64,000 nt of DNA, from the NCBI RefSeq assembly GCF_009914755.1, contig NC_060925.1; one strand, given 5' to 3'. Under the pieces are notes generated by a model. That model was given only the letters and a program-made list of their open reading frames with translations, was not told the DNA's origin and made no database searches. Shown here in pieces: positions 29,950-53,617 of this stretch. Both the position numbers and the translations under genes were made by a program. The stretch's first letter is position 1; every line of letters starts with the position of its first letter. Source of the stretch: the human T2T-CHM13v2.0 reference genome, Homo sapiens.

Positions 29950-30276
29950 GCCGAGACCAAGATGGTTGTGAGACTTGGCGCCTTCCTCAAGAACTCCTGG
30001 GCCAAGGAGCCAGTGCTGGTGGTCTCCTTCGTCATCGGGAGCCTCACTGTAATTCTGCCCCCACTCAGCCCCTACACCAAGTATTCCATCATGATCAATG
30101 AGGCCACACCCTACAACTATCCAGTGCCCGTCCACGATGATGGGAACATGCGGACATGTGCAGCCACCCCCAGGGCCCCCAGGGCCCCAGCTTGGAGTGG
30201 CTGAAGAAAGTGTGAGCACCTCCACTGACAGAAGAGGCCCCTCGCATGGCTCCCAATAAAAATGTGAAAACCAACA

Positions 30277-30279
<3 letters not shown>
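29950..30279 (+). pseudogene. NDUFA3P3: NDUFA3 processed pseudogene (likely NDUFA3P3; symbol from memory)
   Basis: Intronless [63 protein letters not shown] aligns with NDUFA3 ([38 protein letters not shown]...). A 1-nt deletion near 30151 shifts the parental tail (..[20 protein letters not shown] at 30213-30215) out of frame. AATAAA at 30255-30260. Confidence 0.93.
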
Positions 30280-30320
<41 letters not shown>

Positions 30321-30707
30321 TATATATGTGTGTATATATATATACACACATATATATGTGTGTATATATATATGCACATATATATGTGTGTATATATACA
30401 CACATATATATGTGTGCATATATATACACACATATATATGTGTGTATATATATATACACATATATATGTGTGTATATATATACATATATATGTATATATA
30501 TACACACATATATATATGTGTATATATATGTATATATATACACACATATATATGTGTATATATATGTATATATATGTATATATATGCGTGTATATATGTA
30601 TATATATGTATATATGTATATATGTATATATGTGTGTATATATATGTATATATGTATATATATGTGTGTATATATATGTATATATATATGTGTATATATA
30701 TGTATAT
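30280..30707. repeat. Compound (TA)n/(TATG)n/(CA)n microsatellite, about 430 bp; a second (TA)n at about 29923-29947
   Basis: Directly visible alternating purine-pyrimidine tract. Confidence 0.97.
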
Positions 30708-30803
30708 CAAGTGTTGCTATTTCTCCCAATATCTCCTAAAGCTGAATATTTACACATCCTGTGACCAGCATAGGTATATAATCAACAGAAATATGTTCAT
30801 GTG

Positions 30804-31628
<825 letters not shown>

Positions 31629-31734
31629 AGGTGTTGATCAAAAGCAAGTTCTAGAATGTTCAGGCTGACTCTGGGCACAGTGCCTATGGGTTAGTCCTCC
31701 TACAAAAGGAGCAGCACCAGTTCAGTAAAATTGC

Positions 31735-31787
<53 letters not shown>

Positions 31788-31795
31788 TTCCATAG

Positions 31796-32811
31796 TGTAG
31801 GGAAAAGAAAGAGAGATCAGACTGTTACTGTGTCTATGTAGAAAGGAAAGACATAAGAGACTCCATTTTGAAAAAGACCTGTACTTTAAACAGTTGCTTT
31901 GCTGAGATGTTGTTAATTTGTAGCTTTGCCCCAGCCACTTTGACCCAACCTGGAGCTCACAAAAACATGTGTTGTACGAAATCAAAGTTTAAGGGATCTA
32001 GGGCTGTGCAGGACGTGCCTTGTTAACAACATGTTTACAAGCAGTATACTTGGTAAAAGTCATCGCCATTCTCTAGTCTCAATAAACCAGGGGCACAATG
32101 CACTGCGGAAAGCCGCAGGGACCTCTGCCCTGGAAAGCTGGGTATTGTCCAAGGTTTCTCCCCATGTGATAGTCTGAAATATGGCCTTGTGGGATGAGAA
32201 AGACCTTACCATCCCCCAGCCCGACACCCATAAAGGGTCTATGCTGAGGTGGATTAGTAAAAGAGGAAAGCCTCTTGCAGTTGAGATAGAGGAAGGCCAC
32301 TGTCTCCTGCCTGCCCCTGGGAACTGAATGTCTCAGTATAAAACCCGACTGTACATTTGTTCAATTCTGAGATAGGAGAAAAACCGCCCTATGGTGGGAG
32401 GCAAGACATGTTTACAGCAATGCTGCCTTGTTATTCTTTACTCTGCTGAGATGTTTTGGTGGAGAGAAACATAAATCTGACTTACGTGCACGTCCAGTCA
32501 TAGTACCTTCCCTTGAACTTCATTATGACGTAGATTCTATTGCTCACATGTTTGTTGCTGACCTTCTCCTTATTATCACCCTGCTCTCCTACTACATTCC
32601 TTTTTACTAAAATAATAAAAATAATAATCAATAAAAACTGAGGGAACTCAGAGACTGGTGCCGGTGCAGGTCCTTGGTGTGCTGAGTGCCGGTCCCCTGG
32701 GCCCACGGTTGTTTCTCTATACTTTGTCTCTGTGTCTTATTTCTTTTCTCAGTCTCTCATCCCACCTGACTAGAAATACCCACAGGTGTGGAGGGGAAGG
32801 CCACCCCTTCA
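31796..32811 (+). mobile_element. HERV-K(HML-2) solo LTR, LTR5A type
   Basis: Runs from TGTAGGGAAAAGAAAGAGAGATCAGACTGTTACTGTGTCTATG to GGCCACCCCTTCA, 1016 bp, with CATAG duplicated on both sides. CTCCATTTTGAAAAAGACCTGTAC is LTR5A-like rather than LTR5_Hs. Confidence 0.92.
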
Positions 32812-33311
32812 CATAGCAGCACCATTAATAATACCCCCAAACTGGGAATTATCCAAATATCCATCAATAGTAGAGTGGATGAATTGCTGCACACTAGAAT
32901 ACTATAAAGCAACGAACATGAATGAATGACCACTACTCATGAATGAATGAAACCGTATAGGGAATCCCACATATATCATACATGTAAAAGAAAACTTGCC
33001 TTCTCTCAGATTCCATTTATACAAGTCAGGATAATGGTACCCTTGGAAGGTAGTGACCAGAAGGGGTCTCCAGGGCTTTGGAGTTCTTATAATGTTCTGT
33101 TTCTTGATCTGGATGCTGGTTACAGAGTTCATTTGTAAAAAAAAAAATTCACGTTGTACATTCTGATTTATTCATTGTTCATACTGTTTGTATGTTATAT
33201 TCAATAACACAATTTTTAAGACACCATTAAGGAAATGGAAAGCTGAGAGTAGGAGGAGACATTTGCAACACATAAAAATATCACTTAGGTCTTTGCCTTT
33301 ACTCTAAATTA

Positions 33312-33640
<329 letters not shown>

Positions 33641-34615
33641 TTATGATCTCTTCATCTTTCTCTATGAATTTTATGTGTTTCTACAGACATATATAATTTG
33701 AAAATAAATTACTCTTTTTGATTTATGGAATATGTTTCTCCCCATTACAAACTTCTAAATGGAGATGAGTGGAACTTTTGCTATTTCTCTGGAGAAAAAT
33801 TTCAAATTATTTATGTTGCCCTTGTTTTCTTCCCCCTTTGGCTAAAAGATTTTGTAGTTTTATTTTTTAAGCTCTTCATTTCCCCCCCCACATTCTTCGT
33901 TTCCCTCTCTCCCTACATCTTCTTTTTTTTTTTTTTTTTTTTTTTTTTTTCTGAGACAGTCTTGCTTTGTCGCCCAGGCTGGAGTGCAATGGTGCGATCT
34001 CGGCTCACTGCAACCTCCGCCTCCTGGGTTCAGTGATTCTCTTGCCTCAGCCTCTCCAGTAGCTGGGGTTACAGGCACTCGCCACCATGCCCAGCTAATT
34101 TTTGTATTTTTAGTAGAGACGGGGTTTCACCATGTTGGCCAGGCTGGTCTTGAACTCCTGACCTCAGATGATCCACCCACCTCGGCCTCCCAAAGTGCTG
34201 GGATTACAGGTGTGAGTCACCGTGACTGGCCTCTCCCCACACCTTCACAAAACTGCTGGCAACTCACGAGAGGATGCCTGCTGTCAGCATCACCCTCCTT
34301 GATGTGACGTAAGAAGAAACTGAGACCTTCAGTCCAGCTCCATGATCTGCAGGGTATAGTGCAAGGAAGAGGAAGAGAGGGGAAAACTAGGCTTCCTAGC
34401 CGTCGAACTCAGCCTTTTCCAAGGCCATACATCACCTTCTACTATTAGTATCATTTATTTATTTATTTTTGAGACGGGGTCTCACTCTGTTACCCAGGCT
34501 GGAGCGCAGTGACGCGATTATAGCTCACTGCGGCCTCAACCTCCCCAGGCTCAAGTGATCCTCCCACTCAGCCTCCTAAGTAGCTGGGACTACACACGCA
34601 CCACCATGCCTGGCT

Positions 34616-34656
<41 letters not shown>

Positions 34657-34789
34657 TAGAGACAGGGTTTTGCCCTGCTGCCCAAGCTGGTCTCAAACAC
34701 CTGGGCTCAAGGGATTCGCCTACCTTGGGCTTCCAAAATGCTGGGATTACAGGCATAAACCACCGTGCCTGGTTCTATTAGTACTTTTA

Positions 34790-37131
<2,342 letters not shown>

Positions 37132-37464
37132 CAACCTGGGTGACAGTGAGAATCCATCTCAAAACAAACAAATCAAATGGATAAACAAAATGGAGTCTAT
37201 TCATACAATGGAATATTATTCAGCCTTAAAAAGAAAGGAAATTCTTGCCCGGCGCGGTGGCTCACACCTGTAATCCCAGCACTTTGGGAGGCCAAGGTGG
37301 GTGGATCACAAGTTCAGGAGTTTGAGACCAGCCTGGCCAACATGGTGAAACCCTGTCTCTACTAAAAATACAGAAATTAGGCCAGGCGCGGTGGCTCACG
37401 CCTGTAATACCAGCACTTTGGGAGGCCAAGGCAGGTGGATCATGAGGTCAGGAGTTCAAGATCA

Positions 37465-37671
<207 letters not shown>

Positions 37672-39544
37672 TCATTTGTTTCAACAACAAGATTTTAAAA
37701 CCCACAGGAAAACAAAGCAGGGTGCAGTGGCTCATGCCTGTAATCCCAGCACTTTGGGAGGTGAAGGTGGGTAGATCGTTTGAGGCCAGGAGTTCAAGAC
37801 CATCCTGGGAAACATATCAAGACTCCATCTCTACAAAAAATAAATAAATATTAGCCAGGTATGGTGGTGCACGTCTGTAGTCCCAGCTACTCAGGAGGCT
37901 GAGGCGGGAGGATCACTTGAGTCTAGGACTTTGAGGCTGCAAGGAACTATGATGGCACCTCTGCATTCCAGCCTGGATGACAGAGCAAGACTCTGTCTCA
38001 AAAAAAATAAAAACCAATAGGCAAGGCCACTGCAAGTCCCCAAGCCCAGCATATGTCAGGGTGTGGGGTGCCTGGCCTCAGACCTCATGACCCTGCGGCT
38101 CTCATTCCAGTGGAGGCTGGCTCAGCGAGCTCCATTCTTTCCTGACTCCCAGGGGGGTTGTCTAATGGTAGAGGGCGACATTCCAGTCCCTGAGCATGGG
38201 AAGGCACCATGATGGGTGCTTTAGGGAAATCATCTGCAGCGTTCCAGAAACTACCGTATGAGGCAGGACCTGTGTCCCATAGATTACAAATAAGGGAGCT
38301 GAGGCTTGGAGAGACTGAATGGGCTGTGAGCCTCTGCTCTCTGTAGCTAGGTCCCAGTGGTCAGCCCATGCTGCTGTGCCCCGGGGTGGGCACAAGGTGG
38401 ACTCTGATAGCAGGTGGGCTGAACACAAAGCTACCAGTCCACAGTGGGGAGAAGCTCTCATTTCCCAAGGGGTGGGAGGAGGCTCAGGAAAGGAGTCCCA
38501 TCCAGAACCCCCCTGGGGCCAACAGAGGCAGAGGGGGAAACAGAGGTCCTGAGGACAGGGCTCTTTCTGGTTCCTTCTCTGGGGATAGGGCTGGGCCTGA
38601 CCGGCTGAGAGCATGGTGCACTACAGGCATTGTCTGGAGAAGCTGGTCTCGGTAGGACTTTAGGACCACCCTTCAGAAGGGGAGCCCCACTGACGCCAGC
38701 TTGGACCAGAGCAGGGTCAGCGGCGAGGAGGCCACAGGCGGAACGGAAGCTCGTGGACTCAGAGTTGGAAGTCCTCGGCCTTGCCCCGGCTCTGCCCTCT
38801 CTGTGCTGCGTGCCCTTGGGCTGCTTATTTAATATTTGTCAGCCTCGGTTTCCTCACCTGTAAAATGGGGATGATAACAGTATCTACGTTGAAGGGTTGT
38901 AGTGTGAAGCAAATGAGATAAGGCATTTGAGCAGTGTTTTATTCAGACTGTGTGTTGGAGGAGGCTTGGGAGGGTCTGAGGGAGATTATGAGGGGAAGGC
39001 AGCAGCGAAACTTCCCCACCTAAGCCAGCCCTGGGCACTGCCTCTCAGTAGGAGAGGATTTATTTATCGCTCTGTGGCATGGAAATGCTATTTCTTCTTA
39101 AGAGCCTTCTCATTTGGTCTCCATGTTTTGCCTGGGTTGGGAGATAGCTTTTAAAACCCAGGGCTCAATTCACCTCCCCAGTGACCTCGCCTCACTCCAC
39201 CAGATGGAATGCCACACCTCCATCCACTCCCCGGATGACTGCACTTCATTACTGTACGCTGTGTGTATACAACAACTGTAATCACATCATAGCCACCTGC
39301 TCTTGCTAGATTTGAGTTCTCTCGGTGAGGGAGGCATCCCGGGCTGGTACAGAGCAGAGCACAGAGCAGGTGCTCAGCAGGCACTTGTTGAATAAAATTG
39401 AACTAAATCATCATGATATACATATTCTAACAAAAAAGCCCTAACTTTTTTTTTTTTTTTACTATTATAAAAGTATATCTGGGCCAGGTGCAGTGGCTCA
39501 CACCTGTAATCCCAGCACTTTGGGAGGCCGAGGCAGGTGGATCA

Positions 39545-39904
<360 letters not shown>

Positions 39905-40951
39905 CTAGGCATAATCTTTGTTTTTGCATTAATGATTTTGCAATCTCTACAAAAATTTTATGTCCTTCCTCTTCTAACATGACAACAGGTGCAATATTTC
40001 ATTCTTATATCTCAGAATCATTTTTCATCTTTTTTCCCACTTTACTCAGTTAAGAGCTATCCATTTTTCCAAAATCCATATTTCTGTATAGTGATATAAA
40101 AATTAATGCCTGCAAACTTTCAATTTTATCAGTGAATGCTTTTGTAAATAGAATCTTACATAGAACTCCAATATACAAAAATATAACAGTAATTATCTAT
40201 CTATTTATCTATCCATATTTTTAATAGAGATGAGGTCTCACTACGTTGCCCAGACTGGTCTCGAACTTCCAGACTCAAAAGATCCTCCTGCCTCAGCCTC
40301 CCAAAGTGTCTAACAGTGATATTTTATTCAAATAAATATACTTTCTGAGTGTAAGGCTTGATGCTCACTTTGGTCATGTTGGTCAGTATGTGCCCTGAGG
40401 CTCTTCACATGAAGACAAAACTGGAGCCTGGAGCCGGGGAGGCCCACCTTACAGCCTCATCCTCCTGAGCAACCACAGAAACACAGCCCGTGAAATAGCG
40501 CTGCCACAGTACCGGGCCTGGCCTGAAGGATCTGTCAACTCCTCGGAAGCTGGGCGGACGAGTCCCCTCCCCACACCTTGCTGTGCCCACTCAGGACTTC
40601 CAGGCAGTTCTAGCAGCCCCACTAACTACACCCACGTGAATGGAGCTGGGGAGGAAGGGCACCTCCTGGACCCCGTCTGCCTGAACACCAACTAAGGATG
40701 ACCTGGGGAGATGAACCTAGATCAAAAGCAGCCACTTTTTCTCTGAATTTCCAGGGTGTGGGCTGGGATTTTGTCCTCCTCTTCCCCTAGCCTTGTGTTT
40801 CTGTCTTTTCTAGATGCAGACTCTGGGCAGAGGCCTCTTTTGCCTGCCTGGTCTAAGAGCAGCTCAGGTTGGGTGTAATAACTGAGTTGAATCCTAATGT
40901 CAACACGTACATTTCCCACCAAGGAGAAATGCAGGGGCCAGTCACAAATAA

Positions 40952-41341
<390 letters not shown>

Positions 41342-41632
41342 TAAAGACATGGTTGTATACACAGACACTGAAATTCCTCTAGCGGAAAACAACAGCAAAT
41401 GATTAAAGATAACGTTGTTTGTTGAGGACAGAAGTAATAATGTTATGGGATATTCAGCAAGACTAAATGATTTATTCACCACCTGTACAGTGAAAACTGA
41501 AGCTAAATCTGAGAATTAAGGAATCAGAAAGAACAGGGCGCCGGGCGCGGTGGCTCACGTCCGTAATCCCAGGACTTTGGGAGGCCGAGGCAGGCGGATC
41601 ACGAGGTCAGGAAATGGAGACCATCCTGGCTA

Positions 41633-41887
<255 letters not shown>

Positions 41888-42068
41888 TCATCAGTCTGCC
41901 ACTTATGGTGTGTAGGGGAGTGTAGGGACGGGGAAAGGTGGGTCTCACAGGATTTGGCCATCCTGCTACCTGCTACCCCACTGCCAGGCAACACTGCCGC
42001 GCCACCTCCTCCCCACCTTCCCCAGCAGTCTCTCCCTGACGGCTTTGGCTGGCATTTGTTAGTGCACA

Positions 42069-42444
<376 letters not shown>

Positions 42445-44712
42445 TAGAAGAGACGGGGTTTCACCATGTTGGCCAGGCTGGTCTCAATCTCTTGACTTCG
42501 TGATCCACCCTCTTCAGCCTCCCAAAGTGCTGGGATTACAGGCGTGAGCCACCGCGCCCGGGCTAAAAGACACACATTTCTACAAGCAAATGTTTCAAAG
42601 CAGGTACATACACCCCAGTGGACATGTCATGTGGTCTGTTGAGAGATGATGAATTTATTTGGAATTCTGTTTGTTGTTTTATAAATATGTTAGTACACTG
42701 GATTCATTCAATAGATATTCATGGAGCACATTTTAGGTATCCGGCACTAATAAAACAGATCAACTCTCTGCCCTGGCAGAGCTTATTTTCTGAGGGGAGA
42801 GGGACATTTAACTAAAAAAAAAAAATATGATAAGGGGTAATAAGTACTATTAAAACAAAACAAAACAAAACAAAACCTGTCAGGACCTGGCACGGTGGCT
42901 CACGCTTGTAATCCCAGGACTTTGGGACGCCGAGGCGGGCGGATCACGAGGTCAGGAGTTCAAGACCAGCCTGACCAACACAGTGAAACCATGTCTCTAC
43001 TAAAAATACAAAAATTAGCCAGGCGTGGTGGCACGCACCTGTAGTCTTAGCTACTCAGGAGGCTCAGGCAGGAGAATTGCTTGAAGCCAGGAGGCGGAGC
43101 TTGCAGTGAGCCGAGATCGCGCCACTGCACTCCAGCCTGGGCGACAGAGCAAGGCTCCATCTCAAAAAAATAAAACTGTCGGCCAGGCGCGGTGGGAGGC
43201 CGAGATGGGCAGATCACCTGAGGTCAGGAGTTTGAGACCAGCCTGGCCAACACAGCAAAACCCCGTCTCTACTAAAAATACAATCAATCAATCAATAGCT
43301 GGGCGTGGTAGCGCACACCTGTAGTCTCAATTACTTGGGAGGCTGAGGCAGAATTGCTTGAACTCCGGAGGCACAGATTGCAGTGAGCTGAGACGGCACC
43401 ACTGCACTCCAGCCTGGGCGACACAGCGAGGCTGTCTCAAAAAAACAAAACAACCAACCAGTCAGGAAAGAAAGTGATGGGGGTGGGGGTTGCCATTTTA
43501 AACCGAGTGAAAGGTGAGAGAGTCTTCCCTGGGGACGTCTGGAAAAAGACTGTTCTGGAAGGAGGGACAGTCTGTGCCACGCCAGGGGAGCACAGTGTGT
43601 TTGGTTGGTTCAGGAAACAGCAAGGAGGCCCCGGGGGCTGTGGTGGAGTGAGGAGGAGTAGATGAGGTCAGAGAGGGGAGAGGCGTGCAGCCTGAGAGGG
43701 GATTGCTGGCCACTGCAAGTGCGTGGGCTTGTACTCCAAGGCCGATGGAGGGCTCTGACAGATGAGTGACATCATGTGGGGTGCACCCCCAAATGTTTTA
43801 CTAATCAGACATGCACAATTAATGTTTGCAGGCTGGAGGGCTGCAGAATAAACTCCACAACAAGCCCACTGTTTCCTCACTGAGGCTCGCAGTTGGAAGA
43901 GGCAGCCTGTGAGCCGTCTTCGAAGTTAAGTACCAGCCTGGCAACACAGTGAGACCTTGTCTCTGCAAGTAATTTTTAAAAGATTAGCCGGGCAAGGTGG
44001 CACATGCCTGTGGTCCCAGCCCGAGCGGTGGAGGCTGCAGTGAACTGTGATTGTGCCACTACACTCCAGCATGAGTTACATAGCGAGACCTCATCTCAAA
44101 AAAAAAAAAAGCAGAACTTCAACAAGGAGAGATGGGACATACCAGGCTAATCGCCATTCCTACACTACCCCGTAATTGGACCAAAAGATCTACTTAGTAA
44201 ACTGAGGGATCCAGCACTACGGTATGGTGCAATACCCAGTATCACACTCCTGTTTTCATTGAGCATTTGTCTACAACTCCTAATTCTTACTACTTTTTTG
44301 CAAGATGCTTTAAAGTATGTTTGTCACCCCCATGCAAATTTCAGCTATGCCTCACAGCTCAATTCATAAAATTAAACAGATACCGCAGTTTGCCAGATGA
44401 GGTCACCCAGCCCCACACCAGCAAGGCCAAGGTTAGGACTCACAGACCACAGCTCTCGCACTTGTTTCTGCACCTCTGCCAGCCTGGCATGTAAGGAGTC
44501 CCCACAGGAAAGACATCTGACTGGTCATAACGCTTTTATTTTACATATATTCCACTTATCACAAGGGTGGCTGAGGGAAGGGCAGAGCGTGCTAAAAGCC
44601 CCAAGTCCTCCCAGCCTCATGTGGCTTTGATTCAGCTCTGTACACGTGTGTTTGGATTAAGGTGGACAGTTCTGCTGTGCTCACTGCCTTGCCTTAAGAT
44701 GTGTTCTAGAGG

Positions 44713-45520
<808 letters not shown>

Positions 45521-46949
45521 GAGTATTCCAATAGCTTCCATTTACTGAGCAACTACAAATTTGCTAAGCACTGTGCTAGGAACCTTACATACTACTTTAT
45601 TTAACCCTAACATCCCTAAAAGTAGATATGACCCCATTTAATAGCAGGAGCAGAAAACTGATGCTCAGAAAGGCTATGGAGCTTGTCTGAGGAAACACTA
45701 TTAGAAAGGAGGAAAATCAGGATTTTAGACCCAGATCAGTAACCCTAAAACCCTTGCCCTAAGGCCCACCACACCACATGGCCTGTATTCCAGGGAAAAC
45801 CGAAGTATGACCATGCACATTCTTTCCTTCAGCTCAGCAGTATTATGTGGGGGCCATCCTGAATCAATGACCTATGAATGGTTTGAGTGTAGGCTTACTT
45901 TATAGAGCATCATTAATTTAGTTTTTCTCAAAGGAAATCTCATGAAGGTGAATGCAAAGAAAAAGTAGTACCAAACATACCAGAGATGAGACTGGCACTG
46001 ACTGAATCAGAGATCCCTCCCAGAAACAGGCCAATAGGCAGGTGACTTGCAGCAACAGTGTGGGTGGCACAGGGCCACCTGGAGTCCATAATATCTTTTC
46101 CTGTATTCTAGTTCAGGCACACAAATAAGGCCATAAAGTTTAAGTCAACATTTTTAAGATTTTGATCAGAACCAGCCTAGAATTAACACCTGGTGTTCCT
46201 AGACTTTCTCGGGGGGGGGGTACTTTTCACCTTGAAAATCACTAACAGGTGCTGGCTCAAGATGGTAATCTGAGCATATTTGTTTAATTCCCTCTTGCAA
46301 ACTCCCATTTGAACTGACAAAAGGAATATAATGAGGAAGCTTGCGGTACGAGTACTAGAAGAGGAAGGAGGAAGGTAGCTATCTCCAAAACAAAATGTGT
46401 GGGTGAGTGAAATGGACCCACAGCAAAAGCCCATTAACATCCCCACGCACAGATCAGCGAGGGCTGGAAGAACTACAGCCACCTAGGAAGAGAGGCTAGA
46501 TGGTCAGTTTCTGCTCATCAGCAGCCTCCTTACTTTTAGCCTTTAATGCTACAAGAGAGGGGGCAATTAGAAAACTCTATAGTCTTTTCATTTTGCCAGT
46601 CAAGGTCTATTTGCCTGCAGGGAGCAGGGCAACAGCTGCTCACACTCCCATGCTAAATAAAGCAGGGCCCAGCTAGTGCTCTGGCAACCTGAAGAGGATA
46701 ACCAGGCCAATTAGGAAAGGGGCACTGGCCCAGCCAGCTTCATGCTGCCACAAAAGAAAGAAATTCTTTGGGCATGGCTGCCTGAGTCTCTCAAAGATGA
46801 ACCCTGATCTTGTAAAGTAAACCTTCACTATGCTGGGCGCGGTGGCTCAGGCCTGTAATCCCTGCACTTTAGGAGGCCAAGGTGGGCGGATCCCCAGGTC
46901 AGGAAATCGAGACCATCCTGACTAATACAGTGAAACCCCGTCTCTACTA

Positions 46950-47312
<363 letters not shown>

Positions 47313-47499
47313 TCAGATCTCCTGCTGTGGGGAGCATCACTCAGTGATGCTCTGGGGCCACCGGGTTCACACTCAGGCCACACTTTCTGGGGACTCTTTA
47401 TAGCCAACGTGCACAGTACAGGTACTAAGGCAGGCCCATTCTGGCAAGATGCCAACTCCTCCAAAAGGCAACTTTGGCTTGAAGACTCTCCATCAACTT

Positions 47500-51055
<3,556 letters not shown>

Positions 51056-51215
51056 CATTAATTCTACAGCCCTGACAAGGAAAAAGGGGATAGTTAGAAT
51101 TGGGTTACTAAAAAGTTAGCTTTTAATATCAACAGGAATACTGGTCAAGAGTCCACATTATGCAGGTTGTAAATGGTAGACACTATAAACAAATAGGAAT
51201 CAGCTCTGATGATAC

Positions 51216-51437
51216 TCATTTTTTCTTCCCTTTCAAAGGCTTGGCAAATAAAGCCGGGTCAATTTGCTCCTTTGCCAGTCCTCTGACAGAGAAGAGTCTT
51301 GCTGCCCGCTCCTGCAGAGTGCCCCCACATTTCAGTCCAAGGGCCATCAGTTCACATTTGAGCTTCTCCAAACCCAGCAACTCCAGTTCTGCAACAGAGG
51401 TGAACGCCAATAAATCTATAGTTTCCTTATCAATAAC
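51216..51437 (-). CDS. SDE2: SDE2 exon 7 coding part (C-terminal SAP-like domain)
   Basis: CCTCAG|GTT. Encodes [49 protein letters not shown]...KGKKK, then TGA. Exons 2-7 give 1236 nt = 411 aa plus stop, consistent with the 451-aa protein if exon 1 (outside the window) supplies 40 aa. Confidence 0.96.
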   Translation of the reverse strand, partial: VIDKETIDLLAFTSVAELELLGLEKLKCELMALGLKCGGTLQERAARLFSVRGLAKEQIDPALFAKPLKGKKK

Positions 51438-53603
51438 CTGAGGGAAAAAAATAAGAAAATATTTAAAACAGGCTCCTTCCTCTGAATAAAGACTCTTTAA
51501 CTGTCAACTACATTTCTTGAGAAATTTTCATTTAATTTGCCATACCTTGCAACTGAATTTTAATCATCATCCATCCACATGTTATTCCATAAGTATTCTC
51601 AACACACATAATAACTAATTTTTCATCTATACATTTAGAAACAAGCATTCAGAACAGTAACAGAAGTATAGCATTCCCAAACAGATTTTTAATATTGCTT
51701 TCTTTTCCGATTTTTCTAGTAAACATCTAAACAGTAAAATATAGCCAGCCTATCCCCACACTATTCCCACAGAAAGAGCAGGCACTCCTAAAAGCTTAAT
51801 GAGAATCCCATGCCTCTGAATCTACTAATTCCATAATCTTAATGCTTTCTATTCTAATTGAGTAATTAAAACTAATTGTCAGACCTCTCCCTTATATAAC
51901 TCAACAAACTCAAATGCTGTTCAATAGACTTGCAACTGTTCTACCCACCAAGTGCCTTTATAGACTTTAAGACAAAATTAGCCTGTAATCCCAGCCCTTT
52001 GGGAGGTGGAGGCAGGCGGAACACTTGAGATTAGGAGTCCGAAACCAGCTTGGTCAACATGGTGAAACCCCGTCTCTACTAAAAATACAAAAATTAGCCG
52101 GGTGTGGTGGTGCGTGCCTGTAGTCTCAGCGTGCCTGTAGTCTCAGCTACTTGGGAGACTGAGGCAGGAGAATCACTTGAACCTGGGAGGTAAAGCAGAA
52201 ATCACACCACTGCACTCCAGCCTGAGCAACAGAGTGAGACTCTGTCATTAAAAAAAAAAAAAAGACAAAATTAAATACTGCTAATGATACCTTGAAAAGA
52301 ATGAAAATGTCTATCTTTGAGTGATTTTTTATATTCAAAGAATAACTTTCACAGTTTTAAAATATTAAAGAGCTCTGGAGACATACTCTATCTTTCTAGT
52401 TGATCTTTGTTTTCTTAAAAAAGCTGTTTTGTTAGATTTCTGGGAGTTAACCTTGGCTTATTTATGACCAAATTCTAAAATGCCACTTATGTGTGTTTAA
52501 AGAATCACACTTGGTTGTTAGGAATACAACAGCTATTACTACAACATCAAGAACAAAACTCCATGGCTAACACTGAAAAATATCAGGTTTTATCCTATGA
52601 TTCCTTTTTTATTTTTCTAAGACTTCAGTCAGGATAAAGCTCTTACCTGTATACACATAACACAAAAATTACATGCTTACAAATTCAGAGATTGTAAGGA
52701 CCTTAGCATAAAAAAATTCCAATAGTCTCACCAGAAAGGGCAATTTATGCATTTTTACTTACTTACTGGGGGCAGGGGAAGGTGCTGGCTAAACAAATGG
52801 TAGGTTTTGTGTTTATCGAAGGAAATTAAGTAGTTTAGGTTTCACCTATTCTAAAAAGCAAACCATTAGATCAAAGCACAGAGATTTTTGCTGGAAGCCA
52901 GTCCATTGTAGATAGTGAAAAACCAACTTTTTGAGAGAATGTACTATGAAAATGCCTTTTTATTATTATTTTTTGAGATGGAGTCTCACTCTGTCGCCCA
53001 GGCTGGAGTACAGTGGTACAATCTCATCTCACTGCAACCTCCACCTCCCAGGGCACAAGCCATTCTCGTGGCTCAACCTCCTGAGTAGCTGGGATTACAG
53101 GCGTGCACCACCATGCCCGGCTAATTTTTGTTGTTGTTGTATTTTTAATAGAGACAGGGTTTCACCATGCTGGCCAGGCTGGTGTCGAGCTCCTGACCTC
53201 AGGTGATCTGCCCACCTCAGCTTCCCAAAGTGCTGGGATTACAGGCGTGAGCCACCGCACCTGGCTGAAGATGCCTTTTTTAAAAGGCTGACTGTGGGTA
53301 CTTAAGATTTAATGATAAATTTAAAAGGAGGTTCCTCTTCTATAGAAGAGGTCTTCACATTCAGCTGAAACTATTGTTCAAGCTATCCTCACATTAGAAA
53401 AAGCTGAGTAGCAATTTAGTGACGGGAAAAATGAGCACATTTCATCAAATCTAAAATGCCATCTATCATAATATACCCTCATTCATGTATTACTAAGAAT
53501 AAACAATACCAATTAAGTTATAATATGTTATACACATCTCATTTTAGACATGCTAAAATGTGGAAAACATGCATCTTACAATTGATGCAATATGGAATCA
53601 AGG

Positions 53604-53617
53604 ACACCACCTAGTGG
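53604..53617 (-). promoter_or_regulatory. Candidate CTCF motif in SDE2 intron 6
   Basis: Minus strand reads CCACTAGGTGGTGT. Confidence 0.5.

Noticed and set aside
31796-32811. Human-specific LTR5_Hs or a proviral HERV-K
   Set aside because: The 5' sequence is LTR5A-like, and no primer-binding site or gag follows; the TSD closes immediately, so it is a solo LTR.
52113-52148. 17-bp tandem duplication within an Alu (also 24399-24421 and 31596-31622)
   Set aside because: Ordinary slippage micro-duplications with no evident consequence.
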